The position numbers and the translations under genes are program-made. Source: a virus. From it: DNA of 64,000 nucleotides. The notes below the pieces were generated by a model. It had not been told where the DNA came from and ran no database searches. It saw nothing but the letters and a program-made list of their open reading frames with translations. Every line of letters begins with the position of its first letter. The stretch's first letter is position 1. Of this stretch, positions 56,018 to 64,000 are shown one piece after another. Where the stretch lies: IMG/VR virus record IMGVR_UViG_3300046171_000225, positions 64,001 to 128,000 of that record. One strand, written 5' to 3'.

Positions 56018-57872
56018 GTTCCACAATGCATGGCGGGGCTTTTTGAATGAACAGGAGGACAAGCCACCAGAAGAACTGCCTGACGGCGAGCTCACCAAAG
56101 ATGAACTTGCCATATGGCAGAATGTTCTTGCTGATGTGTCGAAGTCTTTCTCTCTAAAAGAATCTTTTCTAGCAGAATACCTCATAGAACAGAGTCCTCC
56201 ACAAAGGATCCTGGATCCTCCATTCCCAGAAGAAGAAGATTACGATCCACGTAACCCCCCTTTTGATCCACGGAGAACTCCCCCTCCGACAGGCATGCCG
56301 TATGACCCTCTGAGTGACCCTGAAGAGATTCACAAAAGTATGCAGACTACCAGAGCTCAGCAGAAAAAGGGCGAAGAAAAAGGCTTTCCAAAGGCTGTAG
56401 ATAAAGACGATCCACAGGAAATGATCCCAGGTATTGGGTCTGTGATGCCGATTAAATTAAGCTCAAAATACTCAAAAGACAGTAGTTTTTGCCAAGTATT
56501 TCCTGGTATTAACAAATGGAGCCAGGAGAGTGCTGACAATTTCGGTGAGACCGTCCTATTTGTTTACGCCACAATGCAGACAACTTGGCCGAGAGTGGCA
56601 GTGTTCTTCCGTTTTTTGGTAGACTTTGTCAAGGAAAATCAGGCTAGTCCATCAAACTTTGAGCAGTTTGTCTATCGTCCCCCTAGAAACAATACTCAAA
56701 CGGACTATAATGAATTTAAATATTACCTTGGCAAGGATCTTTATGCAAAGTATTCTAGAAGGCTGAGACAGGCTGTCAAAGCAAGAGATGATGCTTCAAG
56801 CAGAGAATACCTAATTAATAAAGTGAAAGAACTACGTTCTCTCAAAGGCAGAGATGGAAGATCTCGTTATGAGACAAATAAAAGAATCAGAGCCAGAGTA
56901 GATCGTATGGAGCGTGTACTACGTGATTCTCAAAGAATCCCTGAAATAGAATACGAAATCGAAGAGAAAGTCAATGAGCAGAGAAACCAGTTCAGAGACC
57001 AAGGTCTTCCAGACTACGAGACAGCCAGAGATAACTATGAAAACGCTTTAAGTAACCACAACGGCTACAGAGGAACCGAGCTAACTGCCCTGTTTAAAAA
57101 AATTCATGGAGTTTCCGAACTAACTCCTGAGCAGGAAGAATATGTTAGCACAGCCCGAGGGGTGATTGCTTACATGGCTGCTACTCCCGGAGCTAGATAC
57201 TATGTACCTACTTGGAACAGTAGAGCAAGTATTTTTTCTAGTGTCTCCGAGCATTTGAAAAAGTACAATAAAGACAAAAACCCCAATGACCTATTAGATC
57301 TATTGGTTGATGTCGTAAAGATCCCAGGGATCGGCGTTGTGAAGGGTGGCTTATTAGTCCAGCTTCTAACTGGACAACTGGGGTGTATTGATAATGTCTG
57401 GCAAAAAATTCTTTATGCTCAGGACGAAGTCATTGCAGAAAGAGTAAAAAGAATAGTCCGCTCTAAGAAACCAGATGCAGAGAAGGCACTCAGAGATTAT
57501 GCAAGTGCTTATATCACTCTTCTAGAAACACTGGAGAAAAGTTACTCTGTAGACTCTAAGGGCATATTTGAAGTATGGTCACAAATTACCACCCTTGCCA
57601 ATAAAGGTGGTCCCAATAAGGGATACAATATGAATCTAGAGTTTCTAAAAAAATCTACGGGTAAGCGAAGTAAAAAACTTAGCCCTGTTCAGATTGCTGT
57701 TAGAGGCGAATCAAATAGTGACACGTTCAAATTCTACACCATGGGTGGTGGGCCTAATGAACCACGCACTGCCAAAGAGCAAGACCCTAGAACCCTAGAT
57801 TACCCACAGGCCGTAAAAGAAAGCAAAGTTCTAGAGACTTTCAAGAAGTGGAAGAAGTCTCAGTGGGACTAA
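56007..57872 (+). CDS. Large protein with HhH (glycosylase-like) motif and FHNAW signal
   Basis: MTNKFHNAWRGFLNE; KIPGIGVVKGG..GCID. Confidence 0.65.
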   Translation: MTNKFHNAWRGFLNEQEDKPPEELPDGELTKDELAIWQNVLADVSKSFSLKESFLAEYLIEQSPPQRILDPPFPEEEDYDPRNPPFDPRRTPPPTGMPYDPLSDPEEIHKSMQTTRAQQKKGEEKGFPKAVDKDDPQEMIPGIGSVMPIKLSSKYSKDSSFCQVFPGINKWSQESADNFGETVLFVYATMQTTWPRVAVFFRFLVDFVKENQASPSNFEQFVYRPPRNNTQTDYNEFKYYLGKDLYAKYSRRLRQAVKARDDASSREYLINKVKELRSLKGRDGRSRYETNKRIRARVDRMERVLRDSQRIPEIEYEIEEKVNEQRNQFRDQGLPDYETARDNYENALSNHNGYRGTELTALFKKIHGVSELTPEQEEYVSTARGVIAYMAATPGARYYVPTWNSRASIFSSVSEHLKKYNKDKNPNDLLDLLVDVVKIPGIGVVKGGLLVQLLTGQLGCIDNVWQKILYAQDEVIAERVKRIVRSKKPDAEKALRDYASAYITLLETLEKSYSVDSKGIFEVWSQITTLANKGGPNKGYNMNLEFLKKSTGKRSKKLSPVQIAVRGESNSDTFKFYTMGGGPNEPRTAKEQDPRTLDYPQAVKESKVLETFKKWKKSQWD

Positions 57873-57910
57873 ATAAAATTTAAGTAGATTTGTTCCTCTA
57901 ATCTCAAAAG

Positions 57911-57924
57911 AAACTAATTAGTTT
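57911..57924. promoter_or_regulatory. Palindromic AAACTAATTAGTTT late-type promoter motif
   Basis: Intergenic, upstream of GGAGG RBS. Confidence 0.6.
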
Positions 57925-57947
57925 AGTTTGTGTGGAGGTGTATCTAA

Positions 57948-58238
57948 ATGTCAGGAAGTACAATCAGCATTAGCAATGAGAGAATGTGGAAAATGTTTAC
58001 TCTGGTTACTGGTGTACTTATCGTGCCTTTAGTTGGCTGGGTTTGGAATACAAACGTAGCTGTAGCGCAGATACAAAATGATCTTCAAGATGCTGAAGGG
58101 ACTATTGTTGTTCTTGGGCAAAAAGTTGAAGAATCTGATGTTAATGCAAAAGCTATCATCTCCATGAAGAAAGATATAGAATACATGAAAGAGACTCTTG
58201 ACAGAGTAGAAAGAATTGTTGTCGATAAGCAGAGGTAG
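57948..58238 (+). CDS. Single-TM + coiled-coil protein
   Basis: N-terminal TM; heptads. Confidence 0.7.
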   Translation: MSGSTISISNERMWKMFTLVTGVLIVPLVGWVWNTNVAVAQIQNDLQDAEGTIVVLGQKVEESDVNAKAIISMKKDIEYMKETLDRVERIVVDKQR

Positions 58239-58269
58239 AGAGTCATCTAGCGAAGGAGCACAAAATACC

Positions 58270-59292
58270 ATGAAAATCAAGATAATTCCAGCTGGAGCCC
58301 TCGAAGAAAAGAAGAAAAAGAAGGCTAAAAAGAAAGACGACCGCTGCACTCGTATAGCCAAAAGAAAATATAAGGTGTGGCCCTCTGCTTACGCCTCAGG
58401 AGCCGTGGTACAGTGTAGGCGAGGTAAGATATGGAAAGGACTCAAAGAGGGCCAGGAAGAGCCTCTAGAGGCAGCTGAGGAGGCTATCCTAGACACGTTG
58501 AAGGCAGAAGGTGGTGCCGCTGGTCTAGAACCCCTAGAGAAGGCTGTGGCAGACTTGAAATTGCCTGAGGATTTTAACATTGTAGAGTTTTTGAAGGATC
58601 TCGACACTGTTGGGCAGCATGAAGATGGGGACTACTACTCTAAGCAGGGTCTAGAAGAGGGAGAGATCATTGATTTCCCAGCTAAGGAGCGCTCCGACGA
58701 GAACGTCCAGCTAGTAAACCAGTTATTTAAAGATTTCAACCAGCTACAAGACGTAGATAATAAAGATGAAATCGGCATTGTTCTTACACTAAATTTGAGA
58801 CAGCTTGAATCTGATCAGATGAGAGAAGTTGACCCTGACCTCAACCAAGTAGCTTTTGAGAAGATGTATGGCAGAGTGGTCGATGTTGTTGAGAAAGCGA
58901 TACAAGATAACGTCGTAGAACTAAGAGAAGCCAAAAAAAAAAGAAAGAAGCGAAAAAAAGCAGGCACTGAGTCCTCAAAAGAGAAATCCCTAAGAGACTG
59001 GTTTGGTCGTAAGGGAGCAAAGGGCAAGAAAGGCGGCTGGGTTGATTGTAACGCTCCAGACGGCAAAGGTGGCTACAAAGCTTGTGGTCGTGAGAAAGGC
59101 GAGAAGCGTAAAAAGTATCCTGCCTGCAGACCAACCCCTGCTGCTTGCAAAGAGCGCGGAAAAGGCAAGACTTGGGGCAAAAAAGCTAAGAAAAAGAAGA
59201 AAATGAAGGAATCTGCTGAAGAATATGTCTACGGAGTTAAAAATCCGGGTCGTATGGGCAACATTTATAAAATAAAGGTGGTTAAGTCATGA
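58270..59292 (+). CDS. Modular basic Cys-containing protein (candidate processed head protein)
   Basis: YKVWPSAYASGAVVQCR and SLRDWF..WVDC..KYPACRP modules separated by LxE linkers. Confidence 0.7.
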   Translation: MKIKIIPAGALEEKKKKKAKKKDDRCTRIAKRKYKVWPSAYASGAVVQCRRGKIWKGLKEGQEEPLEAAEEAILDTLKAEGGAAGLEPLEKAVADLKLPEDFNIVEFLKDLDTVGQHEDGDYYSKQGLEEGEIIDFPAKERSDENVQLVNQLFKDFNQLQDVDNKDEIGIVLTLNLRQLESDQMREVDPDLNQVAFEKMYGRVVDVVEKAIQDNVVELREAKKKRKKRKKAGTESSKEKSLRDWFGRKGAKGKKGGWVDCNAPDGKGGYKACGREKGEKRKKYPACRPTPAACKERGKGKTWGKKAKKKKKMKESAEEYVYGVKNPGRMGNIYKIKVVKS

Positions 59293-59696
59293 TTATCCGT
59301 ATTGTAAAAAAGGTTTTGGAGATGGCATGCCCCCGTGCTACCCAAGATGTGGACCTAAACACAAAAAACAGAAACAGTACCAGAGAAAACCACATGTATG
59401 GGCCTCTAAATGTGAAAGAGCCCGGTGATTATTGGGAAAAACTGGCCAAAAAGTGGGATACAACTGAAAAAGCTGCAAAAAAGAGCACTTGTGGTGTCTG
59501 TGTAGCCTTCGACATCTCTCCACGTATGGATGATTGTATGCCCGGTTCTGTTTCTGACGACAGTGGGCGTCTTGGTTACTGCTGGATGCATCATTTTAAG
59601 TGTCACTCTGCTCGATCCTGCGACACATGGGCTACTGGTGGCCCTATAACTAAAGATAAGGTATCTTATGAATGGCAGAGAAAAGGCGAAAAATGA
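59289..59696 (+). CDS. Cys-rich phage protein
   Basis: CPRATQD..NR..YGP..CGVC.AF..GYC..HFKC..RSC..W..GG. Confidence 0.75.
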   Translation: MIIRIVKKVLEMACPRATQDVDLNTKNRNSTRENHMYGPLNVKEPGDYWEKLAKKWDTTEKAAKKSTCGVCVAFDISPRMDDCMPGSVSDDSGRLGYCWMHHFKCHSARSCDTWATGGPITKDKVSYEWQRKGEK

Positions 59697-61411
59697 AAAA
59701 GATACTTGAGTCGTGGAGACTATACGAGAATCAAGCCCTAAAAGACGGGATTGAAAGAGAGTTTAGAATTATCCTCATTAACTGGGTTAGCAAGTATAGT
59801 CCGGGCTCATCTGAAGGTAAAAAACTTGAGGCATGGTTTAATACTAATAAAAAGTCGCAGTTTAATAAATATTCTTATGACCAATTATATGGAGCCATGG
59901 TCCAGTATATGGATCAAATTGCAGTTGTTCCTCTAATGGTGGGGGAAGAGCTTTTTCCTAGGCGTGTGGCGTATAGTAAAAACAGTCAGCAATTAGCTGC
60001 TTATGGTCCCCCACCGCTAAACCCTCCATACGATAAACAAAAAACTGGTATGTTTATAGTTAATGCCCAAAAATGGTCACAAAGTGATGAAGGGAGAAAG
60101 AAAGATATTATTAACCATGAAGCTGGCCATTGGCTAGATTGGTTTAAAGGGTTTATTGGTAGCAATACAGATACAAAATTTGCTTCCCAAAGTGGCACTG
60201 ACCTGTCCTTACTTAAAACCATATTTTTGGACTCTCCCGTGGATGGGCACGGGTTAAATCAAGAACAGCTACAATATTTTGGTAGCAAAAAGGAACAACG
60301 TGCTTACTTGAAACAATATGTCGGCTCTAGTTTATCCAAAGGCGATATATTTAATATTTGTACTGCTCAGCGAGAAATAGTTGCCTCCGGTGGCTTTAAA
60401 AGCCTCACACCAGAGAAATATAAGGATATATCATCCCGAGTCAATTTCAGACCCGAACTGATTCTTTATTTTAATTGTGGCAGAGCCAGTCAAGATCAAA
60501 TTATTGATGCTGTTAAGCAGCTGGTCAAAGTAGATCAAGGGCAACGCACCATGGTTGCAGAGCGAGAAGCGTCAGTTGACCCTAAAATGAAGAAATATCT
60601 TGAGGACCATCCTTACATGGAGCCTGACGGCATGCAGGAAGGTGAAACTCAAGATATCCCAGAGACGCAGCGTAAGATTTTATTAAGAATCAAAAAACAA
60701 TTACAAAAATCTGCTGAAAAACATGCTCGACAAGCGAGACAGGCTACAGATATTGCAAAAGCATCACAAAAATCATCTGATTTGCATCGCGATCAAGTTG
60801 ATCAGCTTGATGCAATGACCGAAGACAACTTAGAAGAAAAAAGAGGAGCAACTCCTGCCTACTGTAGGTCCACTGCATGTAAAGATATGGGGTTCACACA
60901 GAAAGCCAGTTGTAAATCCCAAGGTATTAAGGATTGTTACAGAGGCAAAAAGAAAAATGAGCAAGTTGAGCTTCAGGAGCGTTGCCAAAAGGGATATAAG
61001 ACACACCCAACAAGAAAAACAAAGATTATGTTTGGTAAACGGTATAGAAATTGTGTAAAAGCAGAGGAAGGCCGCATGTTAGAGGCCGACCCTAAGAAAG
61101 GAACGGGCAAAAAGCCTAAAGGTTCTGGTAGAAGACTATATACTGATGAAAATCCTAAAGATACAGTTTCTGTTGAGTTCTCTTCAGTAGCTGCTATCAA
61201 GCGTACACTTGCAAAAGCATCTTTCAAGGCCAAGTCTCACAAAAGACAGTCTCAGATTATTAACCTTATACACCAGAGAGTCAGGGCTGCATATAAAAAT
61301 GCAAAGGATCCAAAAGTAAAAGCAAGGCTTAAAAGAGCTTATGAATATGCAGAAGAAAGAAAAGAAGCTTCAAAGAAAAAGACAGCAAGACTGAGGAAGG
61401 CTAAAAAATGA
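59693..61411 (+). CDS. Modular protein: KKILESW signal, HEAGH zincin-like domain, basic modules
   Basis: INHEAGH; DPKKGTGKKPKGSGRRLYTDENPKDTV. Confidence 0.7.
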   Translation: MKKILESWRLYENQALKDGIEREFRIILINWVSKYSPGSSEGKKLEAWFNTNKKSQFNKYSYDQLYGAMVQYMDQIAVVPLMVGEELFPRRVAYSKNSQQLAAYGPPPLNPPYDKQKTGMFIVNAQKWSQSDEGRKKDIINHEAGHWLDWFKGFIGSNTDTKFASQSGTDLSLLKTIFLDSPVDGHGLNQEQLQYFGSKKEQRAYLKQYVGSSLSKGDIFNICTAQREIVASGGFKSLTPEKYKDISSRVNFRPELILYFNCGRASQDQIIDAVKQLVKVDQGQRTMVAEREASVDPKMKKYLEDHPYMEPDGMQEGETQDIPETQRKILLRIKKQLQKSAEKHARQARQATDIAKASQKSSDLHRDQVDQLDAMTEDNLEEKRGATPAYCRSTACKDMGFTQKASCKSQGIKDCYRGKKKNEQVELQERCQKGYKTHPTRKTKIMFGKRYRNCVKAEEGRMLEADPKKGTGKKPKGSGRRLYTDENPKDTVSVEFSSVAAIKRTLAKASFKAKSHKRQSQIINLIHQRVRAAYKNAKDPKVKARLKRAYEYAEERKEASKKKTARLRKAKK

Positions 61412-62004
61412 TTCTAACAGAAGAAAAACTAAAATCAATTATTCTTGATGAGCTACGAAAGACGGTTTTTAAAGAGGGCTTACGTCATCACTACGTCAAT
61501 CGTGTCCCTGTTCATGAATCTATCTATCGTATTGGTTCTCCTTGTTACTTCAATGTAATCAGTCAGGCAAGAGACTTTTATAAGAAGGGCCTCTATGAAG
61601 CTGTTAATGAAGAGGAGAGGGACATTCTAGAGAACACTAACCTTGGTGAATGGGCGATGTTTGAAGGAGAAGAAATCCCTTTGGATTTCCCGATGTATGC
61701 GGAGACTCTCGAAGAAGCCAAGAAGAAAAAGAAGAAAGATCCCCCGATTGGCAAGCCTTCCAGAAACACAGGCTCTGGCAAGAAGTATAAAGTCTTTGTT
61801 CGCAACCCTAAGACTGGTAAGATCAAGAAGATTACTTACGGTGATTCCAAAGGTGGCCTCAAGGGTGGCTGGAACAGCCCTGAGGCTCGTAAGTCATTCG
61901 CTGCACGTCATAAGTGTGCCGAGAAGAAAGATCGCACTAAGGCCGGTTACTGGGCCTGCAGAGCACATAAAGATTTTGGACCAGGAATCGGAAGGTTCTG
62001 GTGA
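61408..62004 (+). CDS. Conserved phage protein with basic C-terminal domain
   Basis: GKKYKVFVRNPKTG..ARKSFAARHKC..AGYWACR. Confidence 0.75.
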   Translation: MILTEEKLKSIILDELRKTVFKEGLRHHYVNRVPVHESIYRIGSPCYFNVISQARDFYKKGLYEAVNEEERDILENTNLGEWAMFEGEEIPLDFPMYAETLEEAKKKKKKDPPIGKPSRNTGSGKKYKVFVRNPKTGKIKKITYGDSKGGLKGGWNSPEARKSFAARHKCAEKKDRTKAGYWACRAHKDFGPGIGRFW

Positions 62005-62276
62005 TGGATTTTCCCTTCTCTGAAAAGAAGGTCGGAAATAAACTATTCCTCCGAGAGTTTAGAGAAGATGTAGACTCTGAGGAATTGATTTGGCATCAAG
62101 ACAAAGAAGACAGAAAGGTCAAGATTATTGAAGCTAACGGATGGAAGTTACAAATGGATAATGAACTTCCTGTCTTGTTAGAAAACGGCTCTACTTACTA
62201 TATACCTGCCTACCATTTTCATCGAGTAATAAAGGGTAACGGCAGACTACTTATAGAAGTGGAGAAAAGCCCATGA
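62001..62276 (+). CDS. Small cupin-like phage protein
   Basis: EELIWHQD.EDR..WKLQMDNELP..FHRVIKG. Confidence 0.75.
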   Translation: MMDFPFSEKKVGNKLFLREFREDVDSEELIWHQDKEDRKVKIIEANGWKLQMDNELPVLLENGSTYYIPAYHFHRVIKGNGRLLIEVEKSP

Positions 62277-62848
62277 AATCACTTCTAGAAAATTGGAACA
62301 ACTTCCTTACTGAACAAAAATCTTTTACAGATAAGGAAAAGATAGCACTTGTTATATTTGGAGAAGCTCGTGGAGAGTCGAACGCTGGAAAGCGAGCTGT
62401 TTTGCATGTTGCTATGAATAGGGCTAAACACGAGGGCAAGTCTGTACTAGAGGTTATGCAAGAGCCGGGTCAATTTTCAATTTTAAATGATAATACTTTT
62501 GCTGATATATACAAAGAAGCACAATCGGGCGATATACCAAAAAAGAAATATGCAGAGAGTCTTGAAATTGTAAGTAATCCTGGAAAAGATATTACAGGAG
62601 GATCGACTCATTACCTAACCACAGAACTCTACTATGGCAAAAGAAAATGGTGGGCTGACTATGACAAGAATATATGCTGGGTACCCATGATAGAAATAGG
62701 AAAGCATGTATTTGGAATTGAGACGGGCACATACCCGCCACCAGATGGACTTAAATGTGTATATAGCATCGAAAAAGGCAAAAGAAAGTACAATATGTCC
62801 ACGGTCCCAGCAAGGCACGATTTCGGTCAGCATCCCAAGCTACCCTAA
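62273..62848 (+). CDS. SleB-like cell wall hydrolase (Hydrolase_2) with LLENW signal
   Basis: IFGEARGE..AV.HV.MNR..PGQFS..ITGGSTHY..IGKHVF. Confidence 0.85.
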   Translation: MKSLLENWNNFLTEQKSFTDKEKIALVIFGEARGESNAGKRAVLHVAMNRAKHEGKSVLEVMQEPGQFSILNDNTFADIYKEAQSGDIPKKKYAESLEIVSNPGKDITGGSTHYLTTELYYGKRKWWADYDKNICWVPMIEIGKHVFGIETGTYPPPDGLKCVYSIEKGKRKYNMSTVPARHDFGQHPKLP

Positions 62849-62926
62849 CCGTACCGGTGCAACAATAAATAAATGCTTTTTATGAATTATGGGTCTATGT
62901 ATAGTCCAATGTGGAGGGTCTATACA

Positions 62927-63094
62927 ATGACTTTTATATCAGGGCAAAAAGGTAATGTTGCAGTAGAGTACGGACTTATCGTTTGTTTGCTACTTGCTAT
63001 TGTTGCTTCTTTATACATAGATGTTGGCGCAAAAATGAACACCTCTTTGTATACTTTAACAGATGCTATGGGAATTACTAATACTCAAGGCTAA
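62927..63094 (+). CDS. Flp/Fap-type (type IVc/Tad) pilin
   Basis: GGAGG RBS; short leader ..QKG|NVAVEYGLI followed by a hydrophobic helix; 55 aa. Confidence 0.75.
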   Translation: MTFISGQKGNVAVEYGLIVCLLLAIVASLYIDVGAKMNTSLYTLTDAMGITNTQG

Positions 63095-63121
63095 TTACTA
63101 CATATTTTAGGAGTTATTAGC

Positions 63122-63628
63122 ATGAGTGGTTTTAGTTCATTTAAGAATAGTAAACTTTTGTTTGAAAACTGGAGAAGTCATGTCACAGAAATCTCTGACC
63201 CAGTAGCAGACAAGTTAGCGTCTATGAGTGACGCAGAAAAAGAAGAAATGGAAGGCATACTAGATTCTGACGACGACAACGAGGGTTCAATGACCCTTCA
63301 GGAAGACGGACACACTGATGTTGCCTCTGCGATGCGCAAACTTAAGGTTGCCTGTGAGAACGCTCAGGACCTTCTAGAGGTGCTTTCTAGAATGCCACAC
63401 GAAGGAGATCTTCCCTCTTGGTGGATGAGTAAAGCTACGCTCGCTTCAAACTACCTTAGCAAGATGAGAGATTATCTTGTTTACCCTTCAGAAAAGCAGC
63501 TTAAACTACCTCTAGAAGAGAAAGACGATCCTGTCTCTAAAGAAATCAGTAAGCTGGTCGATAAGGGAACTCCTCACAAGCAAGCTGTTGCAATCGCTCT
63601 TGATATGGAAGAGAAAGGTAAGATTTAA
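63122..63628 (+). CDS. LLFENW-signal phage protein
   Basis: CTAATTA at 63091; DGHTDVASA..LPSWWMSK..A.NYL..RDYL; KQAVAIAL. Confidence 0.7.
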   Translation: MSGFSSFKNSKLLFENWRSHVTEISDPVADKLASMSDAEKEEMEGILDSDDDNEGSMTLQEDGHTDVASAMRKLKVACENAQDLLEVLSRMPHEGDLPSWWMSKATLASNYLSKMRDYLVYPSEKQLKLPLEEKDDPVSKEISKLVDKGTPHKQAVAIALDMEEKGKI

Positions 63629-63709
63629 GCAACAGCTTCCTTAAACAAACTAATCTGCATAAATGCAAATTCTAGTACTAATTAGTATGTATCTTTGTAG
63701 GGTGGTAAC

Positions 63710-63859
63710 ATGGTTAAGTTTTCTAAAGATTTGGTAAAAAAGTATATTTTTCAGGCTTTAAAGGAAAGAGATCCAAATATTAAAGCTAAGATAACAAAGA
63801 AAGATATCTCCAATATTGTTAGAGAAGAAGTCTCCTCCTACTACGAGGGGAAAAAATGA
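63710..63859 (+). CDS. 49-aa protein (not in ORF track)
   Basis: After TACTAATTAGTA (63676); KITKKDISNIVREEV. Confidence 0.55.
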   Translation: MVKFSKDLVKKYIFQALKERDPNIKAKITKKDISNIVREEVSSYYEGKK

Positions 63860-64000
63860 ATATAAAACAATTTGAAGATTACTTACGCAAACAAGTCCTT
63901 ACAGAAAGGAAAGGATATCTGGAAAGCAGAGAGTCCTTCTCGGAGACAAAAGATCTTAATATTCTGGACGAAGGCGTAATGGATGCAATTGCTTCTTTAA
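63856..64000 (+). CDS. 5' part of a gene running out of the window
   Basis: ATGA overlap; MNIKQFEDYLRKQVLTE open to window end. Confidence 0.55.
   Translation, partial: MNIKQFEDYLRKQVLTERKGYLESRESFSETKDLNILDEGVMDAIASL

Overview
A 64-kb segment of a large (jumbo-like) dsDNA bacteriophage genome. It is densely coding, uses the standard code, and is almost entirely on the + strand. (i) 1-32 kb: nucleotide-metabolism, replication and chaperone genes (class II nrdJ, thyX, dnaE, uvdE, dut, DEDDh exonuclease, groEL/groES-like, clpP-like, MoxR AAA + VWA pair). This part also holds an array of tiny genes joined by a repeated 15-nt GGAGAGCGAAGAATG junction, and a phage-borne PAS histidine kinase / response regulator / membrane-protein module split by a HREDGPA-repeat gene. 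(ii) 32.7-38.2 kb: seven tRNAs (all U34, including Ile-UAU) and two unexplained structured intergenic RNAs. (iii) 38-48.7 kb: small early-type genes behind TTGAC promoters, ending in a purine/G-tract block, a GC-rich block and a C-tract/direct-repeat junction. (iv) 48.9-64 kb: homing-type nucleases, then many proteins sharing an N-terminal 'KKLFE(S/N)WxxY/F..E' signal downstream of a recurrent CTA(T/A/C)TTA promoter-like motif. I infer these are head-packaged, protease-processed cargo. Many promoters of both classes sit inside hairpins that hide the next ribosome-binding site. Family calls come from motif recognition only; no database searches were run.
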